Below the pieces are notes generated by a model. That model did not search any database. It saw nothing but the letters and a program-made list of their open reading frames with translations, and was not told the DNA's origin. A DNA stretch of 64,000 nucleotides, from contig CM082594.2 of assembly GCA_040954595.2 (NCBI GenBank), positions 5,875,319 to 5,939,318 on the forward strand. The letters run 5' to 3'. Positions 1-12,795 of the stretch are shown here, piece by piece. A program made the translations under genes and the position numbers. The number at the start of each line of letters is the position of its first letter. Within the stretch, counting starts at the first letter, position 1. Origin of the DNA: Balanoglossus misakiensis. Taxonomy: Eukaryota > Animalia > Hemichordata.

Positions 1-3000
1 AACTTTCAATTCTTGGTCGTCTTACAGTAAGAACTGACCCGTTCTTAAAATTAAAACATCAGTGTGGCAAATTCTAAGATTAATAGCGCGTGAAATATGA
101 GTATAAATGGGCAATTTACTGGCGTAGTCAGCATGATGTGAATTTTTTTCAATTTCTGTGTAATTTGCGAATGATTTCTCTTTATTTCAACAACGCCGAC
201 CTTTGACCTACCGCTTTAGATTCATCATGGCTAATGCCTGGTTTATTCAGTGTTGCATCATTAGTCCGGTAATCTTGGACCGCCATACGATATTTTATTG
301 TGCTGCTTGTTGGGCTCAGTTAAATGTCACATAACGGGAGAATTCCTTGCGGTGGCGTATGTACATGTGTCCAGTGTAGACAACAGTTAATTCTCATGCA
401 AAAGTCTAGAGACATCGGGAACGGAATTTCGACCCTTCATTCTATCCACTCAAGTGCAGTCTCAAGACTCGAATAGAGTCAGAGATGCTTTGAAAAGAAA
501 GTAAAAAGCCGCAATTATGGTCTTAATCGTTCCATGCTCCAGACAATCAACAACATGTCTTTTCTGCCCAGGATTTATGCCTTGCTTGGCGGTCATGTGC
601 GGTTTCAATCATGCGTTTTAGTAAATTCCGAAGGTAACTTTATTTTCCAATCTTGAAAATTTGGATGGTTGCCCCCGATGCTTCTTCCTGGCTTTAAGGA
701 GAATCGTTTCCTCGCGTTTCCTGGAATTTTAAAGCCACGCCGCCAGACACAGCTTGTGTTGGAGCCGTCGGCGCTTCGAGCCATGCCACCGATCTTCTTC
801 GGGGAACATACTCTTCTAGGCGGCGAGAGGAGATGATGAAGACAAGTTTTCTGATCAGACCACGCGTCGCCAAGTGGTACCATCGACACACACTTTTCAT
901 GCATGGCAAACCTACTAAGAGCTACAGGTTCAGCTCAACCCCGTTTCATCAAACCCTTACCCACTCACTCGCTTGCACTCAGACCGCGCACGCTTGTGAG
1001 TAAACTATACACAGATAGCTTCTATCTCACCGTTGTTGCTTTTTTCGGTTTCTCGTCATCTGAAGATCTTATCGGATTCCGTGTCTGAAATAAAGACACC
1101 GATTGCGATCTGTGACAGTGGTATATTCATTACGTTATAGTTAGCATTGGTTCATTTTCAATTACGGGGAGTGTCATCCAGGTCTCAGGTCGATGTTTTC
1201 GTAAGGCTATTTTAGTCAAGATGGTTTGACTTTCACAGCATTCTGTTTGTATTAGGTGACTCACCAACTTGTCGAGATGGCTCACGGCGTAACATTATAA
1301 GTGATCCCTGTATGGTATTCCTTAACTCAGAGCGATCATACATCCCATAAAGACATCGATGGGTCATGAACACAAGACATAGAGAAGTTGTAATGTAGGG
1401 TTTGTTGGACGAAAAATGTTCGTTAGATTATTGCAAAAAATGATAGTGAAAGTTGTATATGCAAGAATCAGCATATTTTTGTGTGTCTTCTCCGGGTCCT
1501 TCAAAACATGTGGGCGTTGTATTATTGTGCATATTTCACCCAATTCACATGGCTCATATCAGCACAGATATTGGTTGTTTTCGGAGCAAAGCACGTACAC
1601 CCATGGCATTCAAAGTTATGAGAATACATCGATTTCAGTTCTGAGTAAAGTAATCCCAGTCATCGGTTAAAAGATAAGAAAGGGAGACAGTTGGACCCGT
1701 CAGAGGAATACTTCGGAGAAAGAGATAGATGCCAAATGGCACCCGAGCGATGAGTCTGACATCGATCCCCAGCATTTCTCCCCGGAACAGTTTTCCATCA
1801 CAAGAATATACTTAATACAGCTGTCACACCGCTGTGGACGATATGTGATATTTTTTTTTATTTAATCATATCAGCTTCATAATTACGATAAATGTCGTTG
1901 ATTTATGCCCGATTATTTTCACCGCTTGCGGGCACATCAAAAGACGCGGATAGTTCCAAATCGAAAGTAACGTTGTTAAATGCGTGCGTACGTAGAAGTT
2001 TTTAAGTTCCAAAAATTGTCACCAGCTCCATGAGCATATATCGGACTACGGCACAGAAAGAAAAAATGGCTGATTGGCAGGTGTGTCGCACGCTTTCTTT
2101 CCTCACTCCCTGTACTTCAAAGACTGATACCATATGTTTCAATTGCCAGGTCAGGCGAGCACTTTCTTTCCAATTAAACCTGCCCCGGTTAGGCCTATAC
2201 TTAAACATGCACACAGTTGATATTCCCGTGGCGTATATACATAGCATGACGTAGAACCATGAACTGAAACTGCCGGGGAAACTCCCCTCGTCCTCGGCGT
2301 TCGGTCATTACCACGACGGAAGATCTCGGTTGGAACGCGGGGGAACGATATAATTGTCAGTCCGGAATCGTTTAATCTTGACAAATGCAGAATCAATATG
2401 GGGTCGCCACCTAGACCACGAGGAGGAGACATGGGAGAATACTCGCAATCATTTATTAAACAGGAACCTTTCACAAAACATCCACCCATCTAATCACCGG
2501 GAAATGTGTCTCCCAGAGCACGCAGATAGTGCCAGGGGCCTCGTATTGCTGACATATTTTGCCCAAACAGTTGTACCCGACTGGGATCCCCTCTCACTGT
2601 AACAACTCATGCCGCACATAATGAAACTGACATGTTATAAATCACCGAATCCCCCATATCATTAAGACCTCATTATAATTAGGATAAAAAGTAGAGGATG
2701 TAATCATGGTACTCTTACCCCAAATCATATAAAAATAATTCTGCTTTTGTGATAATGTACGGTTTGTATATTTGATCTTTAGACTTTCTCTGATATAATA
2801 ACTGGCAGGGCACATACTAATGGTATTATGGCACGGCCAATATTGTTATCACCACGGGAGTGTGCACTAACAGTTATTAATGAACTCATTCGAGATGATT
2901 ACTCCATTAAAGTCTGTAATGCGCGTAAAATGAACATCCATGTTCGCGGAATAGTATAGTCGGGAGTTAATTAGCCATTTCGAAAAGGAAAAAAAAATGT

Positions 3001-4880
3001 TAAAACCTTCAGCGTCGTTGTGGGCGGCTGGGACTGTTTCCACAACATTAACCGGTTTTATCCGTTGTGACTCGCGGAGAAAATTACATTTCAGGGAAAA
3101 AAGCCAGGGGATATTCCGCGGTTCCGTAATGGTTCATTGTTTGTGTCCAGTGATGAAACCACGTGTTCACAGAAGCAAATGGAATATCTTGCAATATACA
3201 TGATATATACAGCGTACCGACTAACTACATGTAATCGCGCGATGTCCGTTCCGACGCGCCGATATGTAGTGTTCGCACGCATTTTCTTTCATGCGAGAAA
3301 ATTAACACCGACACTTTGATGTCACGTATACTCCCAAATGGCTGCACCCATTTGCAGCACTCGGATATAAAAGAACAGAAATATTTAAATGCTCGACGCA
3401 ATCTAATTATTCCGATTCATTAACTACTCTAACAGTGGCTAATTGATTTTTTACTAGAGCTTATTTCTTGTACGATCAACATTTCAGGAGTTCTTTCATG
3501 CAATTAGCCTGCTTTTAGGAAGCTCACAATGGCGCCAAAGACCAATATCCGTCTGCTATGAGTAAAATTGTTCGGCAAAACTCGCCTAGAAGGGTATTGA
3601 CATCGGGGCCTCATGCCAGGGTGGACCCATGCACGTATACTTAATGATATACGAATTTTGCATTGAAATTTTTCGTTAGCTATAGGCTAGCTCTGGTTTG
3701 TGTTTTTTTACATGATTATGTAGTTGACGAGATCTAGGGCCGATGGCTATAGGTGCCTGGTGGGTAGCTTATCGTGCTAACCAATTCCGGATGGACACGA
3801 TTTCTAGAGCTCTAGTCTAACATACATGTAACAAGTGTCCACCTATCTCCACTAATCACGTGAATGTAAAGTGAAATTATAGCTCAATAGAGTCGTGAAA
3901 ATATGTATTTCATATTTTGTCGATTAGGAAGATTAATACGCACGGGGAAGGCACATGTCATGTATCTGAAGTTTACTTTGATTTGTATTAATTTACTATA
4001 AAGTTACTTTTGATATTCAGGGGTATATTTTGGGGTTCTTGTAAGCGTAGCCATCAAACCGCACATCGTGCTAGTTTCTGGTATCTTCACTCAGTATCTT
4101 GCTTGGCAGATAGCCAAGAAAGCGAAACGCCGGCGGGAACTGTTTAATTTGTCATAAGCAACATGTCAATTAGCGTAATTTAGTACAGAAAATTGATTTC
4201 ACCATTGAGTACGTTCAGATGTCGGAGAAAGACCTTGGAAAGGCGCCACCAAGCGACGCGAAATATCGGTTCCAATAGTTAGGGTTGTGCCAATGTTTCT
4301 GTGTGATTTTTTGTATCTCCCATCACCAAAAGTTGATTATGCACTTTGAAAAATGGTGTGAAACTGGGAAAATCACGCGAGTAATAGCCAGCGTTCATTC
4401 AGTGTGCCTCGCGAGGCTCAGCGCCCAATCGTTATGCGTTCCGGAAGTGCCACTTAAAGTTTCCATGGAGACGGACAAAATCCCCCTGTTCTTGTTGCAA
4501 ACGTGGTATATGCCTATTATACACAAGTGCGAAACATTGAGGGAGCATGTTCGATGGATTTACACTCAGCAAGATGTCATTGTCGTCCTGTCTGCGCCGA
4601 GCTTTAATGCACACGGCATCCGCGTCAGCTAATCCGCGGCATTTTTCACCATTCAGATTTTAGTTTTTCTTTCTATAGTATCACTTTTGAATAAATAACC
4701 GGAAGGCAGATTGCGTCTCTCGTTATTTTCACAGAGTTGTAATGTGGAAATGCGGCAGAAACTCTCCTTCTCGGTTAGCTGTACAATCCTCTGTTCCTTA
4801 GCCGTCGTGAAAACCTTCGGGGTAAAATTAAAATAACATGACTAGGAATTCGTATAGGATCTTCTGAAACTTCATTCATT

Positions 4881-4919
4881 CATCATCATCATCGTCATCG
4901 TCATCATCACCACCATCAC

Positions 4920-4974
<55 letters not shown>
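4881..4974. repeat. (CAT)n microsatellite
   Basis: Direct reading, with a few CGT/CAC interruptions. Confidence 0.95.
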
Positions 4975-7900
4975 TACTATAATTCAATACTAGTATAATA
5001 TAATATTAACAATAATAATAATAGCAAAGCAGTGTAGGTTTCAATATATTGACTTGCATCGTCAGATATGCATGTGAGAGTTGTTATACACCGGATGTAA
5101 ATGGCAGGCGATTGAATTATGGTTAACGTAGTGATGTTTTGATGCAAGGAAAAATCAATAAACTCTGGTCATACAAGAGCAATAGTCATTGCGATTCTCG
5201 TTCTTGGAGGTGATGGCAATTTAATGGGAAACCACAGAAATGCTTGCGTGTTCAGTGTTTGCAAAAAAAGCGGAGGGTGTAATGAGCCTGCGGCAAGGTC
5301 ACGTTGAAGGCTCATGGCGTGTGACGTTTAATTATACAACGTGGCACGCGGAGAGCTTTTGATTATCACGCACTCAGAAACCGGTTTCTCCTCGTCTTGC
5401 GGTGGTGGGGAATTGTGGTCTGCAATTACTCTAAGGGACAAAGTTCCGGAATAGGAAACATGCGCAGTAGTGTTCTTTACCACACAGGCTCTTTGGTTCT
5501 CAGCTCTCGGTGTATCATCATGCTTGGCCTGATATTGTGTGGAACAAGACAACTGAAAGGTTCCCAATAGTCCAAACCGATCCATTGCATGCCAGTGTTT
5601 TTCTGTCTCCGGGTTTTTCATTACATGGGATTGTATTTCTCGTTTCTGGAAAGGCAGTAACGTGTGTACTGAGTTCGCTTCTCTGCAGACTTGTCATGTT
5701 GATTGCTTGTGTTGGTGTACTTTGTTTTCATTTTGTTTGTTTTGGGGATTTCACGCACACGCTTTCGCTGCCTTTAAGTTTATCTGTGACACATATCGCC
5801 CCATGTGCAGCGGAGTACCTGATGGCCGCATGCGCATCACATCGGCATCAAACAGCGTCAGCGTGATTATTGCGTTTCTAATGGCAACAACTTGGAATCG
5901 GGGTCCCGTATCTAATCCATTAGTGTACGATTTATTGATGAGAACCGCGTGAAATAAAAAGACGTCACATGCATTGAGCTTCTTGAGTACTGTTTCCTTC
6001 AATGGCATGAATGTACGTATCACCATTTACGAGAGCGGTATGCCCGCTTGAATAATCCCTAAATGGAGACGACATCAAGCCCGCGAGATCATTTCACTTT
6101 TTGTCATTTGTTATTAGCCCGCCGCCATGTGCAGATGGCCAGGATTTATTTTTCACACTGACAAGGGCTCATAACGAACATCTTAAAGTCAAATCGTCAG
6201 ATATCAAGCGGCATGCACGTGACGTCAACGACAAAATGAACACGTGTTTGTATATTTCTCAGAGAAGTAATTGCCTTATCCGCCACGCTCTGTTGGCCCA
6301 ATCATAATTGCCTCAATATGAAAGGAATGGATATACATCCACTGTCTGGACCAAGTAAGTTATGCGTAACGCGATTGGAATTACTTTGTGATAATAAGAT
6401 CTAGGAAATAGCCTGAACTAGTGTGCATTTCACTGTACAATTCTACTCGATAGTAATAAAAATTACAATTCTAACAAGCAATTTGCAAAACTGTCAATAC
6501 AGAATTTTGCTCTGTATATGCAACTGTATCAGTATGTGTTTGACCTCTAAGACAGGCCAATTTCTAGCTAGGGCATGGGAAGTTTGTTGTGGTAAAAACA
6601 AAGTTAATTAAAACATTATTTTAATTATTTAAACTAAGGTATAAATCATAAATTAAAGCTGTATTTAAAAACTTAAAATCAAGAAGTTAAAGTTAAACAC
6701 TGGCAAGGTACGACACATGAAAGTATTCAGCAACGGTAGGAAATTTTAGGGCTTTAACCTTCTTATCTTACCGTAAGGTAAAAAAACATTGGCAGATGGC
6801 AACGAATGTGTCTTTCTCCGTCATCAGGCATCTGTAAACCGGGCCTAATTTCCCTGTTTTGAAAGTTAAATGAAATACTCATTTCCCATAGAGTCAGGTG
6901 CAGGAAATTATAAATTGTACTATTTACAAATGAATTTCCAGAAAATACACATTCTGTGACAGACTTCAGGATGACATGAAAATCGATAACATCGATGCCT
7001 ATGTTAGCGTACGTAAAAGTCGCATTCGCAAATATCTTTATTAGGAGCCTTAACGACCAAATTAAAGAGAAGGCAGACAATCACACGTGCAATAGCGTAA
7101 ATCCGAGATTTTAGAAATGATGTAATTAGAGAGTTTGTTTGTGAAAGCGGAGGGCTCCTGTAATTATCAACTACACGTGTATGCAAAAATCGAAATGGTG
7201 ATCAACAAAATCTTATCAGATCAGTCTGGGACTTAAAAAGCGAAAAGCTGTCGTCTGTACGTTGTGTTCTTGCATGACTGCAGACACACACAGTGGGCAG
7301 CTCCGCCGCACAAAATACCAAGGCGCCCTGCTGCACCATCTGCCTGTTGCGGTCTAAACGCCGCGGTCAACTCGAAGCTGCAGCTGCTTGATTAAAAGAC
7401 ATACATTCCCCCAATTGCGGTAATTGCCCATTTACTGTAATAACTCTTGACCGGCTGTTGTCCACCATTATCTCGGCAATTATCCGAAATGAATCTGCCG
7501 CGCAGGTGTAGGGGAAAAGAAAATGTGCACAATAAGTGATCGGCCCGCTTGATCGGGGATTCCTAACTCACCAGACCATTTGTCATTGATGAGAATTTTG
7601 TTCGGATGAACATTTTCCAATCATTTTCGTCAAAAAAACAAATAACCCGACAAGCAGCGTGGTTTTTGGCCTCATTACGTGCATTCCCTATTTTTAGCAT
7701 ACATTTCACCACTTCCTGCTCTCAACCGGATAGATTACCTTAAATGCCACATGTGCTCATGTATTCCTTTTAAATGTAGAATTTATGGGTAATGAACAAC
7801 GACTGGCAAAAAACATGTCATAATAATTTAAATGTGCCCAGTTTTTATTTCCATTAGATAATTATGGCAGAAGATCCATTGTTTCATGCAGTTTTTGTGT

Positions 7901-9120
7901 GAAACATTGGTTTACGAAATAGTGCTATGTAACCCATCATATTTGCGTGAAGGCTACATTTTATTAATATGCAGGTGACAGTAATAAAGTGAAGTATGAT
8001 ACTTGTAAGACATTTCCAATGGTACTCAAAAACGAACGCGGTTTGCAAAAGGGGTTATGTGGTTGAGGGCGCTTTTCTGTTTCATGGTGGTCTTGGGGAT
8101 TGGCCCATTTCAAGCGAACCTGTTGTGCTGCACGCACCGTCAGCGAAAATTTGGACAGAAGTAACGCAATTCGAGGATATCATATGAGAAGTGTTTAAAG
8201 TCATATTTTTGTTTGTCTAAAACTCCCTTTGAGTTCCAATTTGGGACGCTCGTCCCACCGAATATCTGTGAAAGCCTCCCGTCACATGCGCAGACACTGA
8301 CATGGATGCATCAGCACCCATTTTCGTAATAGTTGGACACAGCTGTATCATGTTATTGTTTAGTTGGTTAAGCCTGTAGTCTTGTTGCCATCAGAACTGA
8401 GCTTCTTCAGGTACAATATCTCCCTCTGTCGGTGATCAGTGGCATTGCAGACAATGCCTTGCTTTTCATCCAAATAAACTAACCCTGGCTTTGGTGTGGG
8501 CACAAGCGCCACCTACGATACTTGAGCTGCGTACCTTCGATTGTCACGCGATTCAAACGACAATCTGCATCTACGTCTAACACCAGATGGCGCTGTTATT
8601 GATTTGTTTTGGGCAACCTGCTAGCAACCGGACTCAAATGCGGCGACACATTTCAGCTGTCTTTGCAATAAAGCTTCATAAAGACCCAAATCTCATACTC
8701 ACCCAGTCACGACAGATAAAATCCCACTTTATGTGATTAATGTAAGATAAACCACATTAAGGAATGGTGAAATATTTTTTAGAGTCTTTAATGTGACCAC
8801 GATGACAGATCTAGTGTTTCTGCAAAGTATGGCCCTGACTATTTTAATCACGGAAAGTGCTATAACAATTCCATAAAACGTCACCACGTCCAAGGATTTC
8901 AATTATGCTGCCTGTCAAGTTTTAACTATGAAGTATTCCTCGCGACCCTATCCTTTAAGCGAAATATTTAAAAATAAACGAGATTTGCTATGGAAACACA
9001 AAAGCGCTATGGTGTAGAATAGGTTTGAATAAATCCACGTCTCACCATATGAGATTCTATTTCCCTAATCTTGGCCCATTCGGAATGCATTAGTTGTGTT
9101 AATTTAACATATGAGAAAAA

Positions 9121-9157
9121 ATTTAAGACTGGTTTTCGAGGCGCATTGTAACCTTAA
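9121..9157 (-). mobile_element. Isolated terminal fragment of the same family as 10919-11235
   Basis: Reverse complement TTAAGGTTACAATGCGCCTCGAAAACCAGTCTTAAAT matches TTTAGGTAGAATGCGCCTCGAAAAGTCTTTAA at 10915. Confidence 0.5.
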
Positions 9158-10918
9158 AGTGATGTGAATTCCCAATTAAGTCGGCAAACCCACGAGAAGC
9201 AATCTGCCAGTTTCACATCAGCCAGGTGTCTTGAGAAGAATATCCCATTCAGTGTGAACAAACTTCCACAATCTTAATTTAATCCTACTGTTTATTACGA
9301 AAATATCTATCCACCGGACTGACGTTTGTCTGATCAATGGTGACGTCACAAACCTATTAGATCGACCGTATGTGAGAAAAATCCAACTCGGTCAGATCTA
9401 GAACATTGTTACTGCAAAATTATATATTTTTTTCAACCGAACAAATACACGTAATATGATGAATAAACGTTTGTACAGAGCATGTCCGCTTTCAAATAAC
9501 CCACGGGGGAATGCATCGGCGAATCTGAGGAAGTCGTGATGTACTCGCCTACGCGGAAAACCTCAGCAGCATCTAGCAGTGTCGGTAAGGTCTCCAAAGT
9601 TTCTTTTTACCGACAGAATTCGGTGATTATTCTAAAACATACGTGCGCGGGGAAGAGGCACAAAAACAAAGCTAAGACCTACGGAGTGCGAATTAAAGGC
9701 CGACGATCGTCTACTGCGCATGTGTGTTCAAACATTACGTTAAAATGTTATGCAAATTTTGCTTCCGACGCATTCAGTGGCCTGCCCACGCTTTCTTTCA
9801 TATTTCATGCGCACCGTACAAGTTAACTTTGGGTTTTTCCACCTTTTCACCCAATTTTCTGTCTATTCCCCAATCTCCGACAGATCCTATGTTGTTAGGA
9901 CGGCACTGCATGGTGACGTGGCTTTCCCCAGCATCTTTTATTACTCCCCAAGCTGACAACGTCGTGATAATCTGCGAATTGAAAAAGTTGCAGCTTGTTA
10001 AAACCGAACGACCTGATATTGTACCGACTTTTTACGATGTTAATTTTGCGTCAACTCTGTTAAACTGACATTACGAGGGCCCCGGTTCATCAATCACGCT
10101 TGATGGCCATCAGGCTGCGAAAAAACAACAAGTATTTTCTCGGGAACGAAGCGCAGACTCAGCCCAGGTCTATGTTTGTTGGAAAGGTAATTTATGATCC
10201 GGCTTGTCATGTAATACCAAATCGAATCTAGGGAGAAAAATTGGCATCTGTCTAAGTGCACTAGAGGGCCGTCAGAAATGTCAGGCTGGGGAGGCAAGGA
10301 AAAACATATTGATTTGTTTTTCTCATCCTCTAGAAAATTTGAAATCTTCTGAGTCTCTTCTTGAGGCAAGAATAATTTCAGAAGTGCCCCTAGGCCCCCC
10401 AAATAAAATTATTTTTCCCCTCCAATTATTTAGAGAGAGTTGCTATAGATGATTATTTCAGAACTGGTAGTATGGATTGTACGGGAGGAAAATGATCGTG
10501 GGGATGGTATGAAATTGTTGATGATCACAAATTGGGGTGGCTGTTGTGGTTATTAAAATCAGACTTCCATTCATCTCTTCCTCTTCGAGCCCAGACTCTG
10601 TCTATCACAATAGAACCTCCGTTCCGTTTTGGAAAATCATTGGGGAATCCGAATAGAAAATTATAAAGCCACGTGCTCCAATTTCAAACTGTGAATGTGT
10701 GTCCCATTCACCGGTGCACAACGACCCTAGCAACGACAATAACTTGTCTGTCGTGATGGAGACTCGTAGCCCAAAGGCTTCTGGGTGTATATGATGAGTT
10801 TTTGTGAGAGAAAAAATGGCAAAAGGAATTGGCGCGAATGAAATCCCTGCAAACTTGACATTGGAAATAACCATGCCCGAATCTACTGTGAGATTAACCA
10901 TCAATTATATCTCTTTTA

Positions 10919-11235
10919 GGTAGAATGCGCCTCGAAAAGTCTTTAACCATTTTTCAGATTTGCTCTAGATAACTTAAGATTATTCTAGCTCTAAATTGAG
11001 AATAAAAATTGGGGGTCACCGAGTAAAAATGTAGAATGAGAGAGCCAAATTGTTTGAAATTTGAAATACAAAATGGCCGCCATCTTCGTGGCAACTTTAT
11101 GAAGTAAATATGGGCAGTGTACATCATTGTTATTCTTTGCTTTCAGAAACTTTTATTTATCAAATAACTTTTTGTAGAAGTATCATTTATCTAGTATCAT
11201 TTATCTGAATATCTGTCTCCAAGGGGAGTACCACC
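10919..11235. mobile_element. Degenerate TTAA-target TIR element (Kolobok-like)
   Basis: TTTA|GGTAGAATGCGCCTCG ... CAAGGGGAGTACCACC|TTAA is an eroded inverted pair. A second copy of the same terminus lies in reverse orientation at about 9121-9157 (TTTTCGAGGCGCATTGTAACCTTAA). Confidence 0.55.
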
Positions 11236-12712
11236 TTAACTTAAATTCGTGACTGAAAGTCACACGTTCTCAATGTTTGTATCTATTGGCAAGCTTAACC
11301 AGTGTGCGAGGGAAGCTTGTGATTTAGCGTGTTAGACCATTAAACTAAGACTGGTCCCATTGGAAGCCCATCATCAGACTTGGTACAAATCAACGCTGGC
11401 GTTGGCAAGTCCCCACAGACACCTTCTTTCATATCTATATATCTTACTTCATACGTTAGGATTTGCGTTGCCCCTCATAATCTCCTATGATCTCCCTTAC
11501 ATGTATCTACGCGTGACGATGTTGTTCGGAGTGATTGCGCACACAAGTGTTGTTTTGGTTTGGAATATTAAGTCAACAGAGATGTCCAAGAAGTTTCGCT
11601 GCAGTTATTCTGCGTATCTGTGATTTTTTAAGGTTCTTCAAACATGCAAATTAACGATGACGAGAAACTTATACGTGTCTCTGATGTGTTTCAGTCCATC
11701 CAGAATGTGAAATCCTCACAAACACACCTAAACTGCGCCTGTAGTTAGAGATTTTAACGCGAATCTCTCCTTGCAAAGAATTAGGTTCTGTCATTAGCAA
11801 TTTGAGCATCCTACTTCTGTATGTAATACTAGAATTGTTAGTCCTCACAGAATAATCCCCCACAGAAATCATTCCTGCCAATTGAACTTTGTCAGCGTCT
11901 TCAAACCAGAAAAAAAAACCCAGGCGTTAAGATCTGCATCTTATATCACCATCTTCTATCCAACATTTACCGATTTCCCACTTAAATGTATTGCTTCAGA
12001 AAGATGCGCCCAATTCAATTGTATTTCCATCGGGGCTCAATCGGCCAATTATCACGACCGACGATAACTGTCAGAAATCACACAAGGGACCACGGTATGC
12101 AGACAGACACGACCGATACACCGCGCGCATCGGCTGCATGATAGCTTCGCTGAATGTTGAGTAATAATCATGGCGCAACTCCCCCCTGGGAAGTAACCCA
12201 TCCCCGTCGAGTCTTACACAATACACACGGTAGACCCGCCTCCAGTTCGCGTGTGCTAAAGTTGCACCCAATTGGGCGCGCGGCAGATGCCACAAAGCGT
12301 TTGCTCCGAGCATCTTCTTTTTTGTGCTGGATCAATGTCAGCAAAGCCGCGCGGGCGTTCAAATCATCCTCGAACGACTGAAGATGTGAGCCGAGTGTTT
12401 CTCCTTTCAGTTTTGAAATGATTGCGGCTGGTGTTGCTCGAAAAGTGACGCATTTGCAGGAGATGTGATAACCTTGGAACATCTGTTCCAGTGTCTGGTA
12501 AACAATAGGACACACTTGACCCACATCGACACTGACATAAACGACTCTAGAAACGACATAAAGGAGCCTCTTGGTCGAAGGATTTGACAAAAAATGCCCT
12601 AAAAGCATCCATGTACTGGCACAGTAATCAGTTTGAATAACAGAGAAGAGGACTAACATGAAAATGAAGATTCAAACGCCTACATGTAATCAGCATGCAA
12701 GCAAATCGATCG

Positions 12713-12795
12713 ATCAATCAATATATCAATCAATCAATCAATCAATAAATTGACCAACCAACCAACCAATCAGCCAACCAACCAACCAACCAACC
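12713..12795. repeat. Compound (CAAT)n/(CAAC)n microsatellite
   Basis: Direct reading; imperfect. Confidence 0.85.

Noticed and set aside
605-909. Two overlapping minus-strand ORFs near the left edge
   Set aside because: No motif or codon bias; could be UTR or regulatory sequence but unsupported.
12168-12659. 163-aa minus-strand ORF
   Set aside because: No recognisable domain, codon bias or convincing splice pattern.
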